From positions 128,001-192,000 of the forward strand of contig CAVPNL010000005.1 in NCBI GenBank assembly GCA_963706575.1: 64,000 bases of DNA, in the 5' to 3' direction. The notes below the pieces were generated by a model that saw nothing but the letters and a program-made list of their open reading frames with translations, was not told where the DNA came from and made no database searches. Positions 29,461 through 39,647 of the stretch are shown one piece after another (the stretch's first letter is position 1; every line of letters begins with the position of its first letter). A program made the position numbers and the translations under genes. This stretch comes from an uncultured delta proteobacterium (GTDB taxonomy: Bacteria > Desulfobacterota > Desulfobacteria > Desulfobacterales > JAHEIW01).

Positions 29461-31332
29461 TCACGAGATCGTTACCTGTGAGCGCAGGAGCCTCAACAGA
29501 TACCGTTGCGCCAGCAGATCGGAGCTGATCACACCCAGGACGGTTCCGTTTTCCACAACCGGCATCGCTGAAATTTGGTTTTGTTCCAGATCGGTTACAA
29601 TATCCAGAATACTGTCGCCAGGGTTTGCCGAAATCACCTTGCGGGTCATAATCTTTTCTACGCTGTCTTCGCCAACGCCCCCGGCAGTGGCGCGGGTGAT
29701 GTCCCAGGTGGTGACGACGCCTGCAAGCTTGCCATCCTGTGAAAGCACGGCGATAATATGGCTCTGGGATTCGACGATCAGTGCAGCGGCTTCCTGCATT
29801 TCCGCTTGGACGTTGACAGTGGGTATCGATTCCATGATGTCTTTGGCCGTGCGTTCTTTTTCTTTTTCGGTGAGACGATGGAGGCTGATGCGTTCTGCGG
29901 CCTGGCAGGGCAGCAACTCCGAATCGGAGGCCAGCAAGTCGACCAGCTCTGTCATGTTGCGTCGAATCGACTTTTCTCTAAACGCCATACCGGCTTCCAG
30001 GCGCCTGGCGGAAATCTCGTTCAATTCGGCAGCATTTTTAGAAAGCCAGTTTTCGACTGACTTGCGTTTGCCGAGTATTTTGGGGGGAATCTGAAGGTGC
30101 GCAGGCGTTGGGATAATGTGTTCCTGGGCAGCAAAAATGACTCCGCCTGAGTTGACCAAATAGTCGTTGGCAATCATCACGCCTTTTTGACGGTAGACTT
30201 CTTGCTCCATGCGGGTGCGCGCTGCCTTGCGGTTGGGATCCGGCGAGTAGGTGTTGGCGCCCTCAATAATCAGTGACCATTTTCCCATGCGGTCCACACT
30301 CATCGAGCAGGCCTCTGTCGGAAGCACCCCCAGGTAATTAAACATGGGGGCTGCCGGTATAAAACAGAAGGCCGACTCTCGCAGCAGGTTGTTGGCATCC
30401 GTCGAAAATTTAGTGGAATGACGATGCCCCTGCGATGCAATCTCATTCTCATAGTATTGACGGGAAACCAAACCCTGCTGCTTTGCCAAAATCAAAAGCT
30501 TGTCGATTGATAAACCGGTCCTGTCGTAAAGGTACCCCTGGAGATCATTGACTCCGATGACGTTTGCCGCTGGAAATTTTTCGAGCAGCAGCCGGGCGGC
30601 ATGTGCGCCGACCGCCCCGAAGCCCTGGATAATAACGCTAAGCTCCTCAGGGGAAGGCATTTCTAATTGGCCGAACTGAGGCAGGACCGTAAGACGCGGC
30701 ATTATTTCCAGCAGTCTCTCAAGGGCAATGATCAAACCACCGGCGGCGGCCCCTAACTCGTCGATGCGGTTGCCGCCCATATCGGCGGGCTTGGATACGG
30801 CACTGTCGATACCATTTTCTATGGAAATGGTTTTCATGTCGGCGTCATTGGTGCCGACATCCGGACCGGGCACATAGATGTCCCGGTAACGCCGAAGCAG
30901 GCGTGCAAATCTCCTGACCAGCTCGGTGCGTTCCTGCGGTGGCATGTCAGGCTCGGCCACAATGCCTGATTTACCACCGCCGTAAGGCAGGCCGGCCGCC
31001 GCGTTTTTAAGCGTCATGCCGCGGGCCAGATTGTGAACCCCAGCCGGGGTGATGTCGGGAAGCATGCGGATTCCTCCCATGGACGGGCTTCCCATGGCCA
31101 GATTATCCACCACCAAAAAGCCCCCGACTTCCAGGGAGGAGGCCTCATCCCACATACAGGCAACCAGTCTGGGGCCAAGGCGGTCGCAATTGATCCCGAT
31201 GCGGGAAAGAAGATATTCGTCAATATAGCCCAGCTCCAGAAAACACCTCCCATTTTCCCGCTGGGTGCGGTTTTCAATGGCGGTTTCCGGGATATGCGCC
31301 ATCAGGTATGCTTCCAAATTTTTGGGGATCAT
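29461..31332 (-). CDS. Glu/Leu/Phe/Val dehydrogenase family protein with C-terminal CBS pair
   Basis: GGIR, MTLK, GGGK, PGPDVGT, GFGAVG, EGAN, NSGGV; C-terminal AKDIM...LAGVVTTWDI...IMTRKVI...MPVV CBS repeats. Confidence 0.85.
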   Translation of the reverse strand: MIPKNLEAYLMAHIPETAIENRTQRENGRCFLELGYIDEYLLSRIGINCDRLGPRLVACMWDEASSLEVGGFLVVDNLAMGSPSMGGIRMLPDITPAGVHNLARGMTLKNAAAGLPYGGGKSGIVAEPDMPPQERTELVRRFARLLRRYRDIYVPGPDVGTNDADMKTISIENGIDSAVSKPADMGGNRIDELGAAAGGLIIALERLLEIMPRLTVLPQFGQLEMPSPEELSVIIQGFGAVGAHAARLLLEKFPAANVIGVNDLQGYLYDRTGLSIDKLLILAKQQGLVSRQYYENEIASQGHRHSTKFSTDANNLLRESAFCFIPAAPMFNYLGVLPTEACSMSVDRMGKWSLIIEGANTYSPDPNRKAARTRMEQEVYRQKGVMIANDYLVNSGGVIFAAQEHIIPTPAHLQIPPKILGKRKSVENWLSKNAAELNEISARRLEAGMAFREKSIRRNMTELVDLLASDSELLPCQAAERISLHRLTEKEKERTAKDIMESIPTVNVQAEMQEAAALIVESQSHIIAVLSQDGKLAGVVTTWDITRATAGGVGEDSVEKIMTRKVISANPGDSILDIVTDLEQNQISAMPVVENGTVLGVISSDLLAQRYLLRLLRSQVTIS

Positions 31333-31491
31333 GGATTCATTGCTCCTTCTTTTTAAAACCAGTGTCCGGTCTGATGCCGATTGTCTGAATCATTTCACAG
31401 GTGTCAAGGGTTTGGCAACCGACATCTGCAATCAAACAGAATTATTGCCAAGATCTTCAATTCGGGTATAAATTGCAAACAGCTATAATGA

Positions 31492-31507
31492 AGCAACAGA
31501 CGTGCCA
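31492..31507 (-). promoter_or_regulatory. Sigma-54 promoter (-24/-12)
   Basis: TGGCAC-GTCTG-TTGCT upstream of the dehydrogenase-CBS gene. Confidence 0.85.
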
Positions 31508-31514
31508 ATTATAT

Positions 31515-31714
31515 AATATGAACCCATCTCAAAAATAGGATTTTGATTCAAGATTGCGGCGGGGCCGAGCTTTCCAGCGTTGCTGGACTTCCCGCCTGAT
31601 TAAATCCTCTTTGTGGGTCGTAAACCGGAGGCATACTGTTGTATGTTGAGGGTTTAAAGCCAGGCTCCAACAAAGATATTGGGCCAAAAGACATTTTTGA
31701 GACGGGTTCATATT
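31515..31714. mobile_element. MITE-like non-autonomous element (about 200 bp)
   Basis: Terminal inverted repeats AATATGAACCCATCTCAAAAAT / ATTTTTGAGACGGGTTCATATT (21/22); no transposase. Confidence 0.75.
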
Positions 31715-31850
31715 GAATTATAGTGAAATATAGACTTATCGGATGCCGTCCGAAAGATTTTTCGGACTAAATCCGTATTCGGAGGCTGCAAAGAAGCCTT
31801 TGAAATCGTATCCTTTTTCTAACCTTTTGAATAAATACGATTTATTGTTG

Positions 31851-31896
31851 AGAAGAAGAAGTTCCTTTTTCATACTAAATCGGAACTCGCGGTTCT
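31851..31896. promoter_or_regulatory. Paired putative activator palindromes, 31 bp apart
   Basis: 31851-31865 AGAAGAAGAAGTTCC and 31882-31896 GGAACTCGCGGTTCT. Confidence 0.6.
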
Positions 31897-32090
31897 TATA
31901 GAATTGTCGAGTTTGCGTACATCTTCGAGTCATTCATCCAGTACCGGCAACGTAAAGCAGTGGTGTTCGACTATGTATTGCAATTGTAATCAGAATTTGC
32001 TTGATCTAGTCTTTCAAATGCAGGATCATCTTTGGACTAAACTCAACTGATGAGCGCAAAATCGATCGGTCCATTCTGAAAGGCCAAAAA

Positions 32091-33783
32091 GTGTTATTGA
32101 GTTTCTCAAAACTAAAAATTTGGGGTATTGTTTTTCCAATTTTCTTTGTCATCATTTTTAAGGCTTTGCCGTCACAGTCGATGGCATCGCCGATTCAGGA
32201 GCTCCTTAGAAACCGAATTGAATCCGGAGGGATCCCGATCAAGCTATCTGTCGGTAAAGAGACCATTTATGCGGCAGTCGTATTGCCGGTCTTTTATGAA
32301 CGCCGAACCTTTCGCCCGGCCTGGGTCAATGAAAAAGGGCCTTTGCCTCAGGCCAAATCCTTGCTCCAGGCCATCCTAACGGCTGACAGGGAGGGATTGC
32401 GGCCCGATGACTATCACCGGAATAAAATCGAGCACCTCTTGTCAGAGATCCGGCAGACGCGTAGGATTTTTAGACCGCCGAACCCCCGGTTGCTGGTCGA
32501 CCTTGATCTGTTGTTAACCGATGCCTTTTTAATTTATGGTTCCCATCTCATTGCCGGCAGGATCAATCCGGAAAGGATTGATCCCCAGTGGTTTGTCAGT
32601 CGGCGTGAAGCTGATCTGGTAAAGGTGATTGAAAAAGCCCTTTCGTCCGCCGAATTCGAAAAAGCTTTACAATCGCTGCTTCCGCTGCACGCCGGCTATG
32701 AAAGGCTGCGTAAAACATTGGCCCTTTATCGCAAAATTGCCGCAAACGGAGGTTGGCCTTCTGTTGCGGCAGATCTCCGGGTGAAGAAAGGAGATCTGGG
32801 CGATCAAGTTTCTATTTTAAGACAGCGCCTGGCATCCGAAGGATTTATTGAAAAACCAACTTCGGCCCCCAGTCCGTTATTTGATGATGAGCTGGAACAG
32901 GCGCTCAAAAAATTTCAGATCCAAAATGGGCTTGAACCGGATGGTGTTTTAGGCAGGCAGACAATAAAAGCGTTGAACATCACCGCTGAAGAACGGATCA
33001 GACAAATCATCGTCAATTTGGAGCGCTGGCGCTGGCTGCCGCAAGATCTTGGCAGCCGCTATATCCTGGTGAACATCGCCGGTTTTTATCTAGATGTCAT
33101 TGAAAACCAAAAGCCGGTTATGGATATGCGAGTCGTTGCCGGCAAAACCTATCGACGCACACCGGTATTTTCGGATAAAATAACTTATTTGGTCATGAAC
33201 CCCTATTGGGCGGTTCCCAAAACCATTGCTGAAGAAGATATTTTGCCGGTGGCCAAAAAAGACCCCGCCTTTCTGGAAAAGCAAAAAATCAGGATTTTCC
33301 AGGGCTGGGGAACAGATACCAAAGAAATCGATCCCGGCACGGTTGACTGGCAGGCTGTGACAGCAGCCAATCTAGACCTTCGCTTTCGGCAGGAACCCGG
33401 CCCCCAGAATGCGCTCGGTCGCGTTAAATTCATGTTTCCCAATCAGTTTGACGTTTATTTGCACGATACTCCCTCACGAGAGGCTATTTGCCAAGGCCCG
33501 CAGGGATTTTAGTTCCGGCTGTATTCGAATCGAGAAATCAACTGAACTGGCCGAATATCTTTTAAGAAACCATCCGGATTGGCCGGTGGAAAAAATTCGA
33601 CTTGCGCTCACGGGTGATGAAAGCGTTGAAAAAACCATAAAACTGCCTGAACCGGTCAATATCCATATCCTGTACTGGACGGTGTGGGTTGGCAAGGATG
33701 ATTTGATTCACTTTAGTCCGGATATCTATGATCGCGATAAAGCGTTAGATGAAGCCATGCAGGAGCCGCCGCCGGGCGCCTAG
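32091..33783 (+). pseudogene. YcbB/LdtD-like L,D-transpeptidase with one +1 frameshift (probably sequencing error)
   Basis: PG-binding FQIQNGLEPDG, NLERWRW, VNIAGF, QEPGPQNALG, YLHDTP then SSGCIR in next frame; extra G near 33483. Confidence 0.88.
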
Positions 33784-33829
33784 CTTGCCAATCGATTTGA
33801 TTCGAAAAATAAAAGAGGCAACCACAGCG

Positions 33830-34799
33830 ATGCGAAATTTCATTGGTTTTTTCTGGTTAAATCTTATGGTCGTTCTTTTTTGGGTTCATCCGTCTGTGGC
33901 GGATTGCCAACAATTTTCGTCTCAAAGAGCCGGCTTTTCCATAAACGTCAACCATATCGAAAACCCCTATGAGATTATGACCGTTTTTGCGTTACCCAAT
34001 GAAAGCCTCAAAATTGAGGTCAAAAAAAAGAACGCAGCAGATGAATATCGGCTTTATTCTCCAGAGGGTAAAATTATTCCAGCGGCAAGCCGTCACTGGG
34101 ATTGGCGCGTTCCAGCCAAACCGGGCCGCTACCTACTGAAAATTGCAAATGTTGATCATCAGCGTACCATGTCATTGAATGTTTTTGTCATGGTGCCATT
34201 TGACCGCATAAAAGGAGAATATTTAAACGGATTTCAGGTCGGCAAATACCCGCAAATTGCCTTTAAGAGGCTTGCCATCTATAAACCCCCACGGGGCTTT
34301 GTTGAAGTGACCCCGCAAAATGAAGACACATTCATTTCCCCGCATTTCAAATTAAAACAATTTCTGTGTAAGCAGAGTGGCGGATACCCCAAATATCTGG
34401 TTCTGAAAGAAAAGCTGTTGCTCAAACTGGAACTGATTCTATCAAAAGGTCAATGAAAAGGGCTATCGCTGTGATACCTTTCACGTTATGAGCGGCTATC
34501 GGACGCCTTATTACAACAACGCCATCGGCAACGTAAAATACAGCCGGCACATCTACGGTGGGGCTGTGGACATTTTTATCGATGAAAATCCGAAAGACGA
34601 CATGATGGACGATTTAAACCAGGATGGAAAAATCGATTACAGGGATGCGGCGGTTATATACCGGATCATCGATGAACTGTATGGAAAAAAGTTTTATGAT
34701 CCGTTCCTAGGAGGGCTGGCCCGGTATAAAAAAACCAATAACCACGGTCCCTTCGTCCACGTTGATGTCAGGGGTCGGCGCGCTCGCTGGGGCTACTAA
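33830..34799 (+). pseudogene. Exported peptidase M15A (YcbK/MepK-like) with one +1 frameshift (probably sequencing error)
   Basis: ISPHFKLKQFLC then SGYRTPYYN...SRHIYGGAVDI...FVHVD; extra base near 34448; EF-hand-like DLNQDGKID insert. Confidence 0.82.
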
Positions 34800-34841
34800 A
34801 AAAAGATAGGTTGTTTTTTTAATGCGTTGCAGTGCTTTATC

Positions 34842-35843
34842 CTATCGCATTGGCAGCGGCAGAAGATGCAACAGATACCAGATCAAAGCCGCGACGACGG
34901 CGGTGCCGGGAATGGTCAGTATCCAGGCCCATACGATCCGGTAAGCCACTCCCCATCTGACGGCCGACAACTTGGTGGTCGCGCCAACCCCGATGATGGC
35001 TCCCGTAATGGTGTGGGTGGTTGAGACGGGAATGCCGCCGACCGTTGAAAGCAATATCGAGGATGCCGCCGCCGTCTCGGCACAGAATCCGTGAACCGGC
35101 TTGAGCTTGGTCACTTTCATTCCGAGGGTCTCGATGACACGCCAACCACCGGCCAGGGTACCCAGCGCGATGGCGGCATGGCAGATCAGAACCACCCAGA
35201 AAGGCACATGAAATTCGCCTTTCAAATAACCGGTGCTGTAAAGCAGCACCGTAATGATTCCCATGGTCTTCTGGGCATCGTTGGTGCCGTGACCGAGGCT
35301 GAATGCGGCTGCGGAAATCAGCTGCAGTCGTCGGAACCAGCGGTCCACCCGTTGGGGGGTGCGGCGACGGCAGATCCAGTAAACGGCAACCATAAACAGA
35401 TAGCCCAGAATGGTGCCGACCAGCGGTGCCAATACGATAAAAACAGCGATTTTCAGCAATCCGTGCCAGACCAGGGCATCGAGGCCGGCCTTTGCCATGC
35501 CTGAGCCCACCAGCCCACCGACCAGCGCATGGGAGACGCTGATCGGCAGCCCGATATACGTGCAGGTGTAAGTCCACAAAATGGCGGCGCATAAGGTGGA
35601 AAGAATCAGGACGGCATCGACCACACCGGGATCGACGATCCCTTTGCCGATGGTGGTGGCAACATGGACGCCGAAGAAAAAGGCAGCGACCAGATTAAAA
35701 AACGCGGCCCATAAAACCGCCAGCCGCGGAGACAGCACGCGGGTGGAGACCACTGTGGCAATCGAGTTGGCGGCATCGTTCATGCCGTTGAGAAAGTCGA
35801 ATATCAGGGCGACCATAACGATGAAGATAATAAAAGCCAGCAT
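34842..35843 (-). CDS. pit: PiT family inorganic phosphate transporter
   Basis: NGMNDAANSIAT and GHGTNDAQK signatures, PISVSHA, PVSTTH; start reset to MLAFII. Confidence 0.92.
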   Translation of the reverse strand: MLAFIIFIVMVALIFDFLNGMNDAANSIATVVSTRVLSPRLAVLWAAFFNLVAAFFFGVHVATTIGKGIVDPGVVDAVLILSTLCAAILWTYTCTYIGLPISVSHALVGGLVGSGMAKAGLDALVWHGLLKIAVFIVLAPLVGTILGYLFMVAVYWICRRRTPQRVDRWFRRLQLISAAAFSLGHGTNDAQKTMGIITVLLYSTGYLKGEFHVPFWVVLICHAAIALGTLAGGWRVIETLGMKVTKLKPVHGFCAETAAASSILLSTVGGIPVSTTHTITGAIIGVGATTKLSAVRWGVAYRIVWAWILTIPGTAVVAALIWYLLHLLPLPMR

Positions 35844-35860
35844 GGCGTCAGATTCCCCGC

Positions 35861-36491
35861 TCAAGCATTCTCCAGAACAATGCCTTCGATAATGTCGGCC
35901 ACATCCTCGCATTGGTCGGTGGCTGTCTCGATGTGTTCCAGAATATCCTTCCACTTAATCAATTCTTTGGGGTCATCTTCTTCTTGAAACAAACGGGCAA
36001 TGGCCTGTTGATACGCCCGGTCGGCTTCATTCTCCAGGTGATTCAGTTCAACGGCCAGCGCCAGGAGACGATCGGACTGTTTGCCCAGCTGTCTTAGAAG
36101 GCCGACCATCACCGCTACCTTTTCTGTGCCCTGGACCAGCAAGTCGGCCAACCGGATGGCCTCTTGCATGGCATTGCGGGGATTATATAATTCAAGCAGG
36201 GAAGAAACGGCTTCGGTCGTGTCGAGAATATCATCCAGGCCAACGATCAACCGCAGAATGTCCTGCCGATCAAACGGCGTAACAAAGGTCTTGTGCAGGG
36301 TTGCGATGCTGCGATGGGTCAGTTCATCGGCTTCAGATTTCGATGCTTTTTATGCGGCGCGCGGCTTCATCATAAGGGCTACCTTTTTCGAGCATGGTTC
36401 GGAGATCTACGGCCGCCTGCGTCATCAGGGTGCAGATCTTCTCGAAATTGTCAAAAAAGACCTCCTCCCGTGGAATGATGGAACGAAACAT
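35861..36491 (-). pseudogene. DUF47 (PhoU-like phosphate transport regulator) with one +1 frameshift (probably sequencing error)
   Basis: MFRSIIPREEVFF...IKSIE | SEADELT...TFVTPFDRQDI...ENEAD...LETATDQCEDVA-like; extra base near 36339. Confidence 0.85.
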
Positions 36492-36617
36492 GGCTCACCT
36501 CTTTGCTAATCGATTCACTTTCACGACGCCAAAAAAGCCCAAAAATGGTAGAGGAATAAGTGAAGAATCTAAAATTAGATGTGTATTCGCTTGGTTGAAG
36601 TCGGAATGGTCATGGTA

Positions 36618-37085
36618 TTAACTTTGACCATCTTCTTCACGAACACTGAGCAGCGGTACCGGGCAATGACGAAACATCTTTTCAGCCTGAGAACCGAACA
36701 GTATTCCGGCGATATTGCTGCGCCCTTTGGTACCCATTACCACCATATCTACTTTTTCCGCTTTGGCTGTTTCGATCAGCTCTGCAAAAGGTACCCCCTT
36801 TTTGATCAAAAACCGATTGGGGATCCGGGTGCAGTTCGTCTCTTTCAACAGGCGCTGCATTTGCTCGGTACGATCATCTATGAGACCATTGATGTAATCT
36901 TTCAGCGATATCTTATCCGTGTGGATCGTGATTTGATTGACCATGTCAATATCCCGCTGATTGATGACGTTGACAAAAATCAGTTCCGAATCTAAGTCCT
37001 CCGCCAGACGACCTGCGTGATCCGTGATTTTAGCTGAAAATTCAGAAAAATCGACCGCGACCATGATTTTTTTAACTTTGCCCAT
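36618..37085 (-). CDS. Universal stress protein
   Basis: KIMVAVDFS...DMVVMGTKGRS...LFGSQAEKM...PVPLL. Confidence 0.92.
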   Translation of the reverse strand: MGKVKKIMVAVDFSEFSAKITDHAGRLAEDLDSELIFVNVINQRDIDMVNQITIHTDKISLKDYINGLIDDRTEQMQRLLKETNCTRIPNRFLIKKGVPFAELIETAKAEKVDMVVMGTKGRSNIAGILFGSQAEKMFRHCPVPLLSVREEDGQS

Positions 37086-37245
37086 TTTGCTTCCCTCCAG
37101 CTAATTTTGTAAGTATATGTTCGCTGTTCGCAAAAATGTATCCGTTCTCTCTAAAAAGCGCTTCATCTATTATTTGAATACCCCAGCCGAGATTTTTTAA
37201 TTCCTGATTGATGTGAAAATCGCCTGGTTATCTTTTGAGCTTTAT

Positions 37246-37692
37246 TTATTCAGCCCACCGTGACCGAACAATAAAAAGCGGGCGATCTACCCGGTTTAAA
37301 ATGCCGGCGGCAACACTGCCGTAAAAAATGCGGGAAAGCCCTCCATATCCATGACTCGTCATCGCGATGAGGTCTACATCTTCAGTGTTTGCGGTCTCAA
37401 TTATCTTTTCTACAACCGGTCCATGCGCAACCAGCGTTTTGCAGGCAATACCTTTATCCCGGAACTTGGATGCAATACCTTCGAGGTATAATTCGTTATC
37501 TTTCAATTTTGCGTTGAAAGCTTTCTCACTGATGATAGTAAAAGTTTCTCCAATACCATCGGCGTAAATAGGTTCGATAACCTTAATAAGGACGACAGTT
37601 GCCTGAAATCGGCTCGCCAACTCTCTCACATGGGGACGTATCATTTCCGCTCTTTTCGATCCGTCTAAAGGAACCAGGATTTTCTCGTACAT
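37246..37692 (-). CDS. Universal stress protein
   Basis: KILVPLDGS...DLIAMTSHG...YGSVA. Confidence 0.92.
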   Translation of the reverse strand: MYEKILVPLDGSKRAEMIRPHVRELASRFQATVVLIKVIEPIYADGIGETFTIISEKAFNAKLKDNELYLEGIASKFRDKGIACKTLVAHGPVVEKIIETANTEDVDLIAMTSHGYGGLSRIFYGSVAAGILNRVDRPLFIVRSRWAE

Positions 37693-37893
37693 GGTTAGAC
37701 TCCTTTGTTATTGTCTTCTGATCGGCGTTCATTAACCCAATAAAACACAAAACGAAAATAATCACAAATCCCGATATGTATCGTTTCAAATCAAATTATA
37801 GAAAAATGCCATCGATCAACGTGAATAGGGTCGTGGTGCGAAAAGAATGGCCGTTTACCAGATCGTTCTTCGTTCCCAAGGCAAAAATATATG

Positions 37894-37909
37894 AGCAAAG
37901 CATGTGCCA
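37894..37909 (-). promoter_or_regulatory. Sigma-54 promoter (-24/-12)
   Basis: TGGCAC-ATGCT-TTGCT upstream of usp-usp-DUF47-pit; palindrome AGAACTGGGAGTTCT at 38126-38140. Confidence 0.85.
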
Positions 37910-38170
37910 ATTTAAGGACGATCCAGGGGTGAATTTTATGATGCAGAAGAATTCAAATCGGCGGACAGCATATTTAGGATAAATATCCAAGAGTTTGCGC
38001 ATTAGATAAAATTGTTTGTTTCTGCGACGCGATAATTTTTTTTGCAGACTGCTAATGCTGGCTTAAATAGGCGCTGATAGACGTTTGAAAACGAGATAAA
38101 TTGGTTCTGCTTTCATATTTCAATCAGAACTGGGAGTTCTATATTCGCATCCAGCAGAAACTTGTCTATT

Positions 38171-38330
38171 GAAGAAAAATATAACTGGTGCTTTCCCAAG
38201 TGCTTGTGGAAAAACAAATTTAGCTATGTTAGTATCAACAATTCCATTGGTACAAAAACAGATTAAGATAAATTGCCTGCGGAATTAGCTGCACAGCTTG
38301 AAGCATTAGAAAAAGGGATGAATGGCTATG
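38171..38330 (+). pseudogene. pckG: Relic of GTP-dependent phosphoenolpyruvate carboxykinase
   Basis: 38181-38246 translates ITGAFPSACGKTNLAMLVSTIP (PEPCK-GTP signature); followed by C-terminus-like DKLPAELAAQLEALEK in another frame. Confidence 0.8.
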
Positions 38331-38735
38331 GAAAGCCAAATCTCGAAGACAAAACCGTAATGAGCTGAAGCCACAGGAGCCAATATTTCATTGAATTTGG
38401 ATTTATGGAAATCGCTTCCCTGTGCTGGTTAACCGCTTATTTACCCAGTCATGCCGGATGCAAATATACGGCATGAAGGACTTGCTGCTTTCCCAGGAAC
38501 AAATCAGCAATTTCGACCGTGCCATGGACGTAAAAGAAATCATGGACGCGGAAAAGAAGAAAATAAAAGACTGATTCTGAACGGCAAAAAAAAATATAAA
38601 ACCGAATTTGAAAAGGTAGGCGTGGCAGGCTTCTTCGGTAGTAAAGCGCGCGTCGAAGGCAGCTTGGTTGCCGGGAAGGTCCCCGGTAATCGTGGATAGG
38701 GCTCTATTTGCGGAGCGCTTCCGCATTTGCTGCCG

Positions 38736-39509
38736 TCAAGGCACGATATCGCCAACGCCGTCCAGTATATAGCGGGGGCGGTAGGCAAAGCGCTCAAGAT
38801 CCGCCCGGCTGGTTACACCGCTTAGGACCAGGACGGTTTCGATCTCCGATTCGATGCCCGCAATGATATCGGTGTCCATGCGGTCGCCCACAATGGCTGT
38901 CTCTTCGCGGCGGCAGCCCAGCTTTTTCAGGGCATGGCGCATCATCAAAGGGTTGGGCTTGCCGACAAAGTAGGCCTTGGAGCCGGTGGTGAGCTCGATC
39001 GGCGCGATGAGCGCTCCTGTGGCCGGCACAATCCCGTTTTCGGTCGGATCGGTCAAATCCGGGTTGGTACCGATCAGTTTTGCCCCCTTGCGGACGAGAT
39101 GGACGGCACGCTCCAGCCTCTCATAGCTGTAGTTCCGCGTCTCGCCGACCACGACATAATCGGGATTGGTGTCGTTCATGGAAAAGCCGGCGTCATACAG
39201 CGCGTTGGTGAGACCGGCTTCTCCGATCACAAAGGCGCTGCCGCCCGGACACTGCCGCGATAGAAATCCGGCGGTGGCAAGTGCGCTGGTGTAAAAGTTA
39301 ACCTCGTCTACTTGCATCCCCAGGCGGATCATTTTCTCGTGAAGTTCCCTGGGCGAACGCTCACTGCTGTTAGTCAGGAATAGAAACTCTTTGCGCTCTA
39401 TTTTTATCCAGTCCAGAAATTTTATTACCCCCGGCAGCAGCCGGTTACCGTGGTAAATTACCCCGTCCATGTCGCAGACAAAGGCTTTTTTTGCGCGTAA
39501 GGCATCCAT
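38736..39509 (-). CDS. nagD: HAD-IIA family hydrolase (NagD-like phosphatase)
   Basis: DMDGV, LTNSS, TNPD, GKP, GDRMDTDI, VLSGV. Confidence 0.9.
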   Translation of the reverse strand: MDALRAKKAFVCDMDGVIYHGNRLLPGVIKFLDWIKIERKEFLFLTNSSERSPRELHEKMIRLGMQVDEVNFYTSALATAGFLSRQCPGGSAFVIGEAGLTNALYDAGFSMNDTNPDYVVVGETRNYSYERLERAVHLVRKGAKLIGTNPDLTDPTENGIVPATGALIAPIELTTGSKAYFVGKPNPLMMRHALKKLGCRREETAIVGDRMDTDIIAGIESEIETVLVLSGVTSRADLERFAYRPRYILDGVGDIVP

Positions 39510-39647
39510 GGGGAAATCCTTTCAGTTTTGTCTCAGGTATGTATTGCTGTTCGGGTCTGGTTTCAGATTACCGGTAAAGATTTTTTTGATAATGAAAAGA
39601 TTATATTGAAATTGGTTTTGTGCGTCAATCGAGCAAAGGATTTTATA

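Noticed and set aside
34837..35592. 251-aa alternative-frame ORF over pit
   Set aside because: No motifs; typical off-frame ORF in GC-rich coding sequence
38403..38797. Short ORFs downstream of nagD
   Set aside because: No convincing RBS or family motif; a few residues look IS-like but are too short to support a call
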